A stretch of 32,000 nt of DNA. It comes from Nitrosococcus oceani ATCC 19707. Its GTDB lineage: Bacteria; Pseudomonadota; Gammaproteobacteria; Nitrosococcales; Nitrosococcaceae. The translations under genes and the position numbers were made by a program. This document shows, in pieces, positions 7,547-15,625 of this stretch; the stretch's first letter is position 1, and each line of letters starts with the position of its first letter. The notes beneath the pieces were generated by a model. That model did not search any database, had not been told where the DNA came from, and worked only from the letters and a program-made list of their open reading frames with translations. Location: the NCBI RefSeq assembly GCF_000012805.1, contig NC_007484.1, positions 60,001-92,000 on the forward strand, given 5' to 3'.

Positions 7547-9540
7547 TGAGTAGTTGGCGAGACGCTATCCTGAACGACTTTGTACCCAACGTCAGCAAGC
7601 TGACCCTGGTCGCAGACCCGGATTGCCTGATGACCGAGGAAAAGCTGGCCTTGGAACTTCGCGGGCGCGGCTTCGACCTGATCGAGTTCAGTGACCCGGT
7701 CGAATTCAGGTATGTCTATGAGTCCAAGTACCGTTCGATCTGGGACCGGGGTGAGCACACCGATCTGGTGGTGGTCCTCCGCTTGCAAGATGCGGAGCTG
7801 GAATCATTGCCTTATGATTTATTGCAAGTCGGAAGAAAACTCTCTTTTAATCTTGGTGAGCTCTTTCCTTATCTGAGCTATCCGGTCATCGAAAAGCTGG
7901 ACCGCGCCCTTTTGGATGTCCTCTTTGAGGCGCAGAGGAAAACACCCTCTGACCGTCTAGGGGACAATGCCACTAAGGACTTCATCCTGCGACATGTGTT
8001 TGGTATTGCGCCTGAATTGATAGTGAGTGAGGTGGAACTCTTACGATTGCTGCTCCGCTTGCATTACGGCAAAGTCCAGCTTCCTCGTATCTTATCTGAT
8101 CGGCTTGTGCAGGTGCTTAAGGGGCAGGGTGCTTTCCCTACTTGGCCGCTAGATGAGATCGTGCCGGACGAAGAAGCTTTTTTTGCCTTTATCCAGGAAC
8201 GCTGGCCAGTGTTTTTGAGCAAGCTTGAGCCGGGCAATGAGGTGCGAGAAAGATCGCTTGAGGAAATCCTCAACTATCCTGGGCCTAGCGTGCTTCCTTT
8301 TGATCATCAGGACATCAGAGTCTATATGGACAATCTGTTTATTGAAGGGAAACTTACGCCAATTCAGAAGCCAGAGGTTGCTATTGATGCCGGGTCCTGG
8401 ATTCGTTGCGGTGTTATCGAAGCCAGCGCCGGTGATGACGAAATGCGCATTTCCCGTCTTTTCGGGCTGGTGGAGAAGAGCCTGCCTACATCGGAATCCC
8501 GGTATTCAGATTGGATCACCTTTGCGCTGAAATGGGCCGAGTTATCTGCCTTGGTTCATTGTGGCTCCAACAGAGAGGATAAGGCTCGGCTTCTGCAAAC
8601 CGACAATGCGCTGAATGCCACCTTTGCCCGGTGGCTGAGTGTCCACTATGCCAGCCTCATTAATCTGCCTCCGAACAATCCTGCGATGGTGCACCATGTG
8701 CCACGGCGTTTAGCCCGGGATCTGGAAAATGCCAAGAATAGCCGTGTTGCTTTGCTGGTGGTTGATGGGTTAGCGCTGGATCAATGGGCCACCATTCGCC
8801 CGATTCTCCAGGAGCGGGACCGCAGCCTTATTATGCGCGAGTCGGCGACCTTCGCCTGGATTCCCACGCTGACTTCCGTGTCCCGGCAAGCGATTTTTTC
8901 CGGCAAGCCACCGCTCTATTTTCCGTCATCCATTAAGTCGACCCATAAGGAAGAAAAGCTCTGGAAGCAGTTCTGGGAAGGCCATGGCCTGTCCCGGCTG
9001 GATGTTGCCTACCAGCGCGGCCTTGGCGACGGTGATGCTGCAGGCGTCCTCGACTCGGCAATCCACCCCGGGAAGACCAAGGTGGTGGGGCTGGTCGTGG
9101 ACAAGGTCGATAAAATCATGCACGGCATGCAGCTCGGCTCGGCCGGGATGCACAACCAGATTAAACAGTGGTGCCGGGGTGGTTTCCTCGGATTACTCAT
9201 CGGCTACTTACTTGATCACGGCTATGAAGTTTGGATGACATCCGACCACGGTAATATCGAGTGCCAGGGCAAGGGTCGTCCCTCTGAAGGAGTCACCGCT
9301 GAAACCCGCGGTGAACGGGTTCGAGTTTATCCCACTGCGGAATTGCGGGCTCAAGTGGCCAGCAAATTTTCTTTTGCCCATGAATGGCTGCCGGTAGGGT
9401 TGCCATCAGATTATTTCCCGCTTGTTGCCGGTGGCAGCAACGCATTTGCTACCCCTGACGAAGCCATCGTCGGCCATGGCGGCATTACCCTTGAGGAAGT
9501 TATCGTGCCCTTGGTTAAATTTGAGAGGAAAACACGGTGA
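7546..9540 (+). CDS. pglZ: PglZ-domain protein (alkaline-phosphatase superfamily), BREX core component
   Basis: 664 aa. LLVVDGLALDQW and WMTSDHGNIE motifs are typical of the PglZ / alkaline phosphatase fold. Translationally coupled to both neighbours. Confidence 0.85.
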   Translation: MSSWRDAILNDFVPNVSKLTLVADPDCLMTEEKLALELRGRGFDLIEFSDPVEFRYVYESKYRSIWDRGEHTDLVVVLRLQDAELESLPYDLLQVGRKLSFNLGELFPYLSYPVIEKLDRALLDVLFEAQRKTPSDRLGDNATKDFILRHVFGIAPELIVSEVELLRLLLRLHYGKVQLPRILSDRLVQVLKGQGAFPTWPLDEIVPDEEAFFAFIQERWPVFLSKLEPGNEVRERSLEEILNYPGPSVLPFDHQDIRVYMDNLFIEGKLTPIQKPEVAIDAGSWIRCGVIEASAGDDEMRISRLFGLVEKSLPTSESRYSDWITFALKWAELSALVHCGSNREDKARLLQTDNALNATFARWLSVHYASLINLPPNNPAMVHHVPRRLARDLENAKNSRVALLVVDGLALDQWATIRPILQERDRSLIMRESATFAWIPTLTSVSRQAIFSGKPPLYFPSSIKSTHKEEKLWKQFWEGHGLSRLDVAYQRGLGDGDAAGVLDSAIHPGKTKVVGLVVDKVDKIMHGMQLGSAGMHNQIKQWCRGGFLGLLIGYLLDHGYEVWMTSDHGNIECQGKGRPSEGVTAETRGERVRVYPTAELRAQVASKFSFAHEWLPVGLPSDYFPLVAGGSNAFATPDEAIVGHGGITLEEVIVPLVKFERKTR

Positions 9541-10307
9541 TGGACAAACGGCACGAGGCCATTGGTATCAAACAGGCCATTCGCTATGAGTGGATGCAAA
9601 AAGCCGCTTACCTCCTTCTTGCCGGGCTGGATGCTAAGGCTATTCGACAGGAACTCCATGACTACTTGAGCGATCGCATGGGCAGCGGTGTGCGTGCAGA
9701 ACGCAGTACAGAAGCGAGGTCATTCGCTGTCACGATTTTAATGAACATATGGGTTACCCCCGACCCGGTATTGGAAACATTGAGAAACGATGCTCTGCCC
9801 TATCTGGCACAGGGCCGAAGCGCTGAACTTGCGGTCCACTGGTCGATGATCGGCGCGGCGTACCCCTTTTGGTTCAATGTGGCGCGCCAAACAGGGCGTT
9901 TGCTAGCGCTCCAAGATCAGGTCACGATGAAACAGGTCTCTAGGCGTTTGATTGAGGTCTACGGTGAGCGCCAAACCGTGAGCCGCAATGCTCAGTTTGT
10001 CGTTCGCTCTTTCGCTTTCTGGGGCGTTCTCAAAGATACTGCACAGCAAGGTTGTTATCAAAAGATAGTATCAGCGCCTATTTCCGATCTTAACTTAGTA
10101 TCTTTAATGCTCGAGGCAGCCCTACATGCCATCCCCGAGGGCAAGGGAACTTTAGACCTGCTATTAAATAACCCGGCATTCTTTCCATTCCAGCTCCCGC
10201 TGATGACAGGCGACTTTATCGGACAGCGTAGGGAGCATATTGAGATAATCCGCTATGGGTTGGATGATGAGCTGTTGATGCTGAAGAAAAAACAAGGAGA
10301 GCGCTAA
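9537..10307 (+). CDS. brxA: BrxA-like (DUF1819-type) protein, terminal gene of the type 3 BREX operon
   Basis: Start GTG 9537 or ATG 9540 overlaps the pglZ TGA (GTGATG). The ~255-aa size and the position after pglZ match the brxA slot of type 3 BREX. I cannot verify the domain by eye, so the call is mainly positional. Confidence 0.5.
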   Translation: MMDKRHEAIGIKQAIRYEWMQKAAYLLLAGLDAKAIRQELHDYLSDRMGSGVRAERSTEARSFAVTILMNIWVTPDPVLETLRNDALPYLAQGRSAELAVHWSMIGAAYPFWFNVARQTGRLLALQDQVTMKQVSRRLIEVYGERQTVSRNAQFVVRSFAFWGVLKDTAQQGCYQKIVSAPISDLNLVSLMLEAALHAIPEGKGTLDLLLNNPAFFPFQLPLMTGDFIGQRREHIEIIRYGLDDELLMLKKKQGER

Positions 10308-10593
10308 AAACTGGGCGGTTATCAGGCAAGGCAGCTTATTGTGGGCTGTTGCACTTATCAATCGGCATAAACAGATAGATCGTTTGGAAAGAGCGTCTTC
10401 TGAGTACTATGGAGCCTTGGAAGCTATAGGGATGTAGCCTCCAGAATGGACTGAAAGCGGGTGGCAAGGGGCAGACGCGGGCCGTTACCGGTAAGGGGTT
10501 ATAGAGGTTAAAGAAGGTTAGCGGTACAAAGCAATAAGGCAAAATTAAAGCAAAGACAAAGGGTTAATTAGGAAAATAACCTCAGAAGGGTCG

Positions 10594-10803
10594 CTCAAAG
10601 GTCAATCATTGGTCGTCCAAAAGTCAAGTTTCAGTAGCTCAAAGGTCAAGCCTTAAGTATCCAAAAACTCAGGTCTCAGCAGCTTAACGGTCAATGCTTG
10701 GAAACCCAAAAGCCAATCCTTGAGCACCCAAGGTTCAAGTTTCGGTAGCTCAAAAGTCAAGCCGGGTAGCCCAAAGGTCAAGTCTTGGTAGTTCAAAGGT
10801 CAT
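10594..10803. repeat. Array of ten direct, degenerate ~22-bp iterons (core YYCAAARGTCAA), oriV-like
   Basis: Core copies start at 10594, 10616, 10638, 10660, 10683, 10705, 10727, 10749, 10770 and 10792, a period of 21-23 bp. The copies are contiguous with no unique spacers. The last copy overlaps the trfA stop codon. An A+T-rich stretch at 10540-10585 lies immediately upstream. Confidence 0.75.
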
Positions 10804-11636
10804 GCTTTCTTCTCTGCTCTCATCACATAGACGAGATTGCCTTCTATTCGCCAGTCGCTCAGAAAGTCCACTGCCTTGAGTTCGTTAAGGGCCCCTTTAA
10901 GATTAACTTTAAAAGTTTTCAAGAGACCGTCAGCGCTGCCAGACCCTTTCCATAGGGTCTCCACCTTCATCGGATAGGGTCGAGCATGGCTAGAATAAAG
11001 GCCATGCAGCCACTTGGCTATGGGGCCAAGCTGGTGTCTCATCGCCCATTCAAGCCGGGTGTAGTGGACATCCCCAAACAAGACCACCATCTCCGATGAA
11101 ATCCAAACTTTCCAAGGCCCTCGGCCGTGATCCCGCTCGAATTTTTGGATAAGGGGTAGAGTCACGCTTTTCCCTAGCCGGTGACTACTGACGGTCAAGG
11201 CCGTGGCGACCATGCGCTCTAGGCTGATTTGAAGCCGCTGGTAGCTTTGCCCCTTGATGGCCCAACCCACTCCTTTAAGTAGGGCGTAGGGTTTGAATTC
11301 CACACACTTACCGAGTGGTCGCGCCTTAGCCTCATGCATGATTTGGAGCCATATATCTTCATCATCCTGGCGCAGCTCTTGCCCGCGGTAACTGATACGG
11401 CCATCTCCCACGACCACAATCGGCACGCCTTCCAAGTAAGCTCTGGCCTGCTTCTTGTTCTTCACCGAAAAGAGCGCCGAGCGAACCATCTCATTAGGGA
11501 CACCGCGTTGCCCCTTGCCCCAACAAGGGAGCAAGGGGATGATTTTAGCCGTTTCTGCTTCTCTCTTGGCTTTGGCTTCACGACGAGTTTTGGCTTCTTG
11601 TGCCATCCGAGCGATTTTGTTCGTGATATGCTCCAC
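10800..11636 (-). CDS. trfA: TrfA-family plasmid replication initiator
   Basis: 278 aa. It aligns by eye with RK2 TrfA blocks: LPCWGKGQRGVPNEMVRSALFSVKNKK; ISYRGQELRQDDEDIWLQIMHEAKARPLG; VVLFGDVHYTRLEW; LYSSHARPYPMKVETL. It is adjacent to the iteron array. Confidence 0.85.
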   Translation of the reverse strand: MEHITNKIARMAQEAKTRREAKAKREAETAKIIPLLPCWGKGQRGVPNEMVRSALFSVKNKKQARAYLEGVPIVVVGDGRISYRGQELRQDDEDIWLQIMHEAKARPLGKCVEFKPYALLKGVGWAIKGQSYQRLQISLERMVATALTVSSHRLGKSVTLPLIQKFERDHGRGPWKVWISSEMVVLFGDVHYTRLEWAMRHQLGPIAKWLHGLYSSHARPYPMKVETLWKGSGSADGLLKTFKVNLKGALNELKAVDFLSDWRIEGNLVYVMRAEKKA

Positions 11637-11746
11637 AACTTTCTCCAGGCTGCTATTGCCGGTGGTTTTCCTAAGCGTACAGGGAAGACCGGCTTGAGGA
11701 AAGTTAAGCAGGGGGCATACGTCCTTCTTATTGCACCGCCTTGCCC

Positions 11747-12403
11747 CTAAGTTCCCTTGCCTTGTTGGACAGTGGTGTAAGGGGAGACATGATAGTCAAT
11801 AAGGCGCCTTGTCCATAGGCATGGTAAATGCGGCAGGCCAGATCCAAGGCCGCTAGGTTTTGTCGTCATGAGATAGATGCAGCGAATTTGGATGGCGGCG
11901 AGGAATGAAGCGGTATTTTTGGCATAGCGTGTGGCGATGCCGCGCCATCGCTTGAGGTGCAAGAAAGCGTTTTCAGTGAAATGTTGCCACTGATAGAGAT
12001 CCGGGTCATAGGCTCGTTGTCTCTTCCGGTTTTTTCGTGGTGGAATGACGGGGGCCATGGTGCCTTGCTATTTTGTCTGCTCGATAACGAGATTGCTGTC
12101 ATAATTTCGGTTTGCCAGCAAATGTTTTGCGCTTATTGCCGAGATGAGTTCGAGGGCCTGCGTGCAATAATCCGCTGTGGTATCTTGCGTAACGACAACT
12201 TGGACCGGCAGACCATGCGCAACCAACGGCCAAATGTAATTTCGTGCTGAGCCCCCTTTTGTGTGGCTCATATCCTGATTTTCCCCCTTGGCCCCTGTCG
12301 CACGGGGATGCACCTTGAGATAACTGGCATTGATCATCAGCCACTCAAAGTCCAGATCATCGACCAGCTTCTCCAGCAACGCCTCCCAGGTGTCCGTATC
12401 ACG
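11747..12403 (-). pseudogene. IS5-family DDE transposase remnant (N-terminally truncated, with an in-frame TAG)
   Basis: ORFs 12068..12379 and 11747..12058 are in the same frame, separated by an amber codon at 12068-12070 (...IEQTK*QGTMAPVIPPRKNRK). Motifs DFEWLMI.AS.LKVH..ATGAKG, NRNYDSN and KRWRGIATRYAK are typical of the IS5 family. Homology stops near 12403. Confidence 0.65.
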
Positions 12404-12917
12404 TCAGCGGCAGAATCGATAGCCATCGGGTGTTCAAAAAAATCGCCAAGCGGGACAAAATATCGATGGGCTGATTTTACGGCTTTAAGCTTCATCGGGC
12501 GGTCAATGATCGGGGCGAACTGCTCTCTTTCCACGTGACCCCAAGCAGTGTCGATGACCTCCACCCCGTGCCCCATCTCACCCTGGCATCTCAGGAAAAC
12601 TCTTTGGCGATAAAGGCTACATTTCAAAACACTTATTCCAAATTCTCTTTGAAAAGAGTTTTCAGTTGGTGACTCCCCTTCGAAAAAACATGCACAATCG
12701 GCTCTTGCCTCTGTTCGATAAGCGCTTGTTGCGCAGGCGCTCTCTTATTGAAACTATCAATGACCAACTCAAAAATATTTCCCAAATTGAGCACGGCCGC
12801 CATCGCAGCATCGCTCATTTCATGGTCCATTTAGTCGTTGGGATTATCGCCTATACCCATCAGCCGCTTAAGCCCTTAGTTAATCTGACTAACCAGCAAC
12901 TTATGCTCTTGGAATAG
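12404..12917 (+). pseudogene. IS982-family transposase remnant (N-terminally truncated, TGA nonsense codon and a frameshift)
   Basis: Reading across frames gives IDSHRVFKKIAKRDKISMG*FYGFKLHRAVNDRGELLSFHVTPSSVDD ... GKLFGDKGYISKHLF ... LVTPLRKNM...IETINDQLKNISQIEHGRHRS. TGA replaces the expected Trp at 12472-12474. There is a frameshift near 12580-12595. Confidence 0.55.
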
Positions 12918-12988
12918 AAAAATATGGAGAAAATTATATCTAAATTTATAGATATTGAGACATTTGTGTTATATTCATTCATACTGTT

Positions 12989-13324
12989 GTGATGAGATGT
13001 TCAATTGATTTGCGCAAACGAGTAATCGATTTTGTAAGGGGCGGTGGAAGCAAGGCGGAAGCGGCCCGGAGATTTCAGGTAGGCCGCGCGAGCATTTATC
13101 GCTGGTTGTCGCAGGATGATGCGCTGTGTTACGAGCGTCCCGGCCCTCGCCGTTCACACAAGCTGGACTGGGAGGCTTTACGGGTCCATGTGGAAGACAA
13201 GGCTGATCTCACCTATAAAGAACGCGCCCGGCATTTTGGCGTTTCGTATTACTGTATTTGGCATGCGATGCACAAAATGGGGTTAACCCGTAAAAAAAAT
13301 GACGGGGTACACGCAGCGCTGTAA
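12989..13324 (+). CDS. IS630-family transposase, N-terminal HTH part (orfA)
   Basis: DLRKRVIDFVRGGGSKAEAARRFQVGRASIYRWL helix-turn-helix. Ends shortly after the A8 run at 13292-13299. Confidence 0.7.
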   Translation: MMRCSIDLRKRVIDFVRGGGSKAEAARRFQVGRASIYRWLSQDDALCYERPGPRRSHKLDWEALRVHVEDKADLTYKERARHFGVSYYCIWHAMHKMGLTRKKNDGVHAAL

Positions 13325-13823
13325 TATGAAAAGAAAGAGCTTTCTTCGTCTTCGTGAACGCTATCGCCGCCGCGGCAAAAGATTTGTCTATCTTGATGAA
13401 AGCGGTTTTGAGCCGGAGGTTTCCCGTCGTTACGCTTACGCTCCAAAGGGGCGGCGTGTTTATGGTCTGATCTCCGGTCATCGCAGACCGCGAACCTCTT
13501 TATTGGCCGCCCGTATGGATGAAGGCTTTGAAGCGCCGTTTCTATTTGAGGGAACCTGTAACACGGCTGTGTTCAATGCATGGCTGGAAAAAGAGCTTTG
13601 CCCCTTGCTCAACAGCAACCACATTGTCATCATGGATAATGTTCCGTTCCACAAAGCCGTTTCTTCACGTGAAATCATCAAAAAAACAGGGGCGGGAATT
13701 TTATTCCTCCCCCCTTATTCCCCTGACTTTAACCCCATAGAAAAAGACTTCGGAAATATCAAAAAAATCAGAGAATACAACGAACACGAAACCCTTGAGA
13801 ATATCGTTGCAGCGTATCAGTAA
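13299..13823 (+). CDS. IS630-family transposase, DDE catalytic part (orfB)
   Basis: FVYLDESGF, IVIMDNVPFHK and LFLPPYSPDFNPIEKDF are the DDE motifs of IS630/Tc1-mariner type transposases. It lies in the +1 frame relative to orfA. Confidence 0.75.
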   Translation: MTGYTQRCNMKRKSFLRLRERYRRRGKRFVYLDESGFEPEVSRRYAYAPKGRRVYGLISGHRRPRTSLLAARMDEGFEAPFLFEGTCNTAVFNAWLEKELCPLLNSNHIVIMDNVPFHKAVSSREIIKKTGAGILFLPPYSPDFNPIEKDFGNIKKIREYNEHETLENIVAAYQ

Positions 13824-13974
13824 TTATAGATTTAGCTATAATCAAGTACACTGCAGAAAATGGCAGGTAATATGACAAAGCATGAAAGCATGCTTTTTAG
13901 CAATTTAAGTTTAGGTTAGTAGAGATAAAAGAAGGGTGGTTAGCCTTTTGCTATTGAATTCAAAGTAGTTCAGG

Positions 13975-14180
13975 AGGAGAAGCGGAGCTGTGTGAACGAT
14001 ATGAGCGCCACTTTAGGGTAGAAGTACAAGGGCTAAGCGTTTAAGGGCAAACTATCGCAGAAAAGGTCCCAAATTGAAGACGCGGTGTTGAGATTTATGG
14101 ATGAGAGCGGCGCCAGTCTGAAGCTAACCTGACCTTTGCCCGCATCCCTCGATATGAAAAACCTATAGGAACGAAACAAC
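13975..14180 (+). pseudogene. Possible heavily decayed IS630-like transposase remnant
   Basis: Broken translation contains EEKRS...RFMDESGASLKLT, which resembles the region around the first catalytic Asp of IS630 transposases. There are multiple stops. Confidence 0.3.
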
Positions 14181-14320
14181 ATAGAAGAATTATTAAAGGG
14201 TTTAAAGGACACTCAAGGGACACTTGGAGATAAAAAACAGCAATAGATAGCAACAAAAGGGAATAGAGTTAAAGAATTAGTTTATTGATTTTATTGTTGT
14301 ATTTTTTTGTAGCTTGTTGT

Positions 14321-14385
14321 GAACTATTGGCTTCGAGGGACTCATAATCCCTTGGTCGCAGGTTCGAGTCCTGCTGGGCCCACCA
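14321..14385 (+). tRNA. 3' fragment of a tRNA-Met-type gene (anticodon CAT), probable att repeat rather than a functional tRNA
   Basis: Anticodon stem-loop AGGGA-CTCATAA-TCCCT (14336-14352). T arm GCAGG-TTCGAGT-CCTGC (14358-14374). 3' acceptor strand TGGGCCC plus A and CCA (14375-14385). No complementary 5' acceptor strand (GGGCCCA) exists upstream. Confidence 0.6.
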
Positions 14386-14482
14386 TTAAAATCAGTGCGT
14401 TAGCAGTTCTCTCTGGTGAGCCCCATGTTCCAAGGGTACAGTTTCGGTACAGTTCCGATCCTTCAGCCCTCTGGAGATTTAC

Positions 14483-14743
14483 ATGGCCACCATCGTCAAG
14501 ACCCTATCTGGTAGCTGGAAAGCCGTTATTCGCAAAACCGGCTGGCCGACTACCGCCAAGACCTTCCGTACCAAGCGCGACGCCCAGGACTGGGCACGTC
14601 GCACCGAAGATAAAATGATGCGCATCTATATCCAGCGCAGAGCATCGGAGCGCATGACCCTCGAAGCGGCGCTCAAGTGTTACTTAGCCGATGTCACCCT
14701 ACCAAGAAGCCGAGCACCCAGAAAAGCAAACGCCATAAGGCTA
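14483..14743 (+). pseudogene. Tyrosine-recombinase (phage/P4-like integrase) N-terminal fragment, frameshifted and cut off by IS630 copy 2
   Basis: MATIVKTLSGSWKAVIRKTGWPTTAKTFRTKRDAQDWARRTEDKM is a typical integrase arm-type N-terminus. The expected continuation TPTKKPSTQKSKRHKA is in the +1 frame from ~14695. The ORF ends at the IS boundary, and no catalytic domain follows. Confidence 0.6.
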
Positions 14744-14778
14744 TAGCTAATCCATTATAAATTGATCATACTTATTAG

Positions 14779-15159
14779 ATGACTTACTCATCTGATTTTC
14801 ACTATAAAGTTCTATCCGTTCGCAAGAAGGAAGGAGTTACCATTGCCGAGGCGGTGTCTGGGTTTTGTGTGGGCGTAGCGAGCGTTACACGTTGGCTAAA
14901 AGGGCCTGAGCCTAAACCGAGCCGAAATAAACCAGCGACAAAAATTGACATGGACGTAATGGCTGGTGATATGTTCGGGACAATCCGGATGCGTATCAAT
15001 ACGAGCGAGCGCAGCCGTTTTGGTGTGCGTGTTCAGGGAATCAACTATGCTCTGCACCGTCTGGGCGTTAGCTATAAAAAAAAGCTTGATGCACCCAAAG
15101 GGATGCGAAGGCGCACGGCGCGCCTTCCAGACTCTCATCACATGGCACAGACTGAATAA
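14779..15159 (+). CDS. IS630-family transposase, HTH part (orfA) of copy 2
   Basis: VTIAEAVSGFCVGVASVTRWL helix-turn-helix. An A8 run at 15076-15083 lies inside the orfA/orfB overlap. Confidence 0.6.
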   Translation: MTYSSDFHYKVLSVRKKEGVTIAEAVSGFCVGVASVTRWLKGPEPKPSRNKPATKIDMDVMAGDMFGTIRMRINTSERSRFGVRVQGINYALHRLGVSYKKKLDAPKGMRRRTARLPDSHHMAQTE

Positions 15160-15625
15160 ACGCCCGATTGTCTACATTGATGAGAGCGGTTTTGCGCACG
15201 ACATGCCACGGACACACGGTTATGCGCCCAAGGGGCTACGGTGTTTTGGAGAGCGAGACTGGGATGCCAAAGGGCGTACCCATGCGATGGGGGCCTTAAT
15301 CGGTAAAGCATTACTGAGCGTGGCTTTGTTTAGCGTGGCTTTGTTTAATGTGAATGTAAATGCAGATGTTTTTACCGCGTGGGTGGCACAGGATTTATTG
15401 CCTAAACTACCCGCGCAAAGCATTGTGGTGATGGATAATGCAACCTTTCACAAACGCGAGGATACGCAAAACATGATCCGAAACGCTGGAGATGGGCTGC
15501 TTTACCTACCTGCATATTCCCCAGATTTAAACCCCATCGAACAAAAATGGGCGCAAGCCAAAGCTTTGAGAAGGCAAACACACCGCTCAATTGATGAAAT
15601 CTTTACAGAAAATCAATTTATATGA
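14966..15625 (+). CDS. IS630-family transposase, DDE part (orfB) of copy 2
   Basis: IVYIDESGF, IVVMDNATFHK, LYLPAYSPDLNPIEQKW. It contains an in-frame 15-bp tandem duplication (SVALFSVALF). The portion upstream of the A8 run is probably not translated in this frame. Confidence 0.65.
   Translation: MICSGQSGCVSIRASAAVLVCVFRESTMLCTVWALAIKKSLMHPKGCEGARRAFQTLITWHRLNKRPIVYIDESGFAHDMPRTHGYAPKGLRCFGERDWDAKGRTHAMGALIGKALLSVALFSVALFNVNVNADVFTAWVAQDLLPKLPAQSIVVMDNATFHKREDTQNMIRNAGDGLLYLPAYSPDLNPIEQKWAQAKALRRQTHRSIDEIFTENQFI

Larger units (their letters stand above)
12937..13838 (+). mobile_element. IS630-family insertion sequence, copy 1 (~902 bp), flanked by a TA duplication
   Basis: Imperfect terminal inverted repeats: TATCTAAATTTATAGA from 12937, and TAGCTAAATCTATAAT as the reverse complement of the right end (ending 13838). 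TA at 12935-12936 and 13839-13840. Encodes a two-frame IS630-type transposase. Confidence 0.7.

Noticed and set aside
10336-10542. 68-aa minus-strand ORF (and 10164..10361) in the brxA-iteron gap.
   Set aside because: There is no ribosome-binding context and the composition is Pro/Phe-rich and odd. It overlaps the brxA 3' end or the putative origin region, so I treat it as non-coding.
10594-10803. Whether the regular ~22-bp repeat array could be a CRISPR array.
   Set aside because: The repeats are contiguous, with no unique spacers between them. They are degenerate, much shorter in period than repeat-plus-spacer units, and abut a TrfA initiator gene, so they are iterons.
12337-12627. 96-aa minus-strand ORF and 12263..12538 plus-strand ORF in the IS5/IS982 junction.
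   Set aside because: Both are frame artefacts of the two decayed transposase fragments. The recognisable transposase motifs lie in other frames.
13877-13898. Hairpin AAAGCATG-AAAG-CATGCTTT followed by TT, terminator-like.
   Set aside because: The stem is short and A/T-rich, lies in non-coding debris ~40 nt beyond the IS630 end, and does not follow any intact gene. That is insufficient to call it a terminator.
14309-14385. A complete, functional tRNA-Met gene.
   Set aside because: The 7-nt 5' acceptor strand complementary to TGGGCCC is absent, and the D-arm region pairs only weakly. Only the 3' two-thirds looks tRNA-like.
14319-14618. 99-aa plus-strand ORF spanning the tRNA fragment.
   Set aside because: It reads straight through the tRNA-derived sequence and overlaps the integrase N-terminus out of frame, with Pro/Ser-rich composition.
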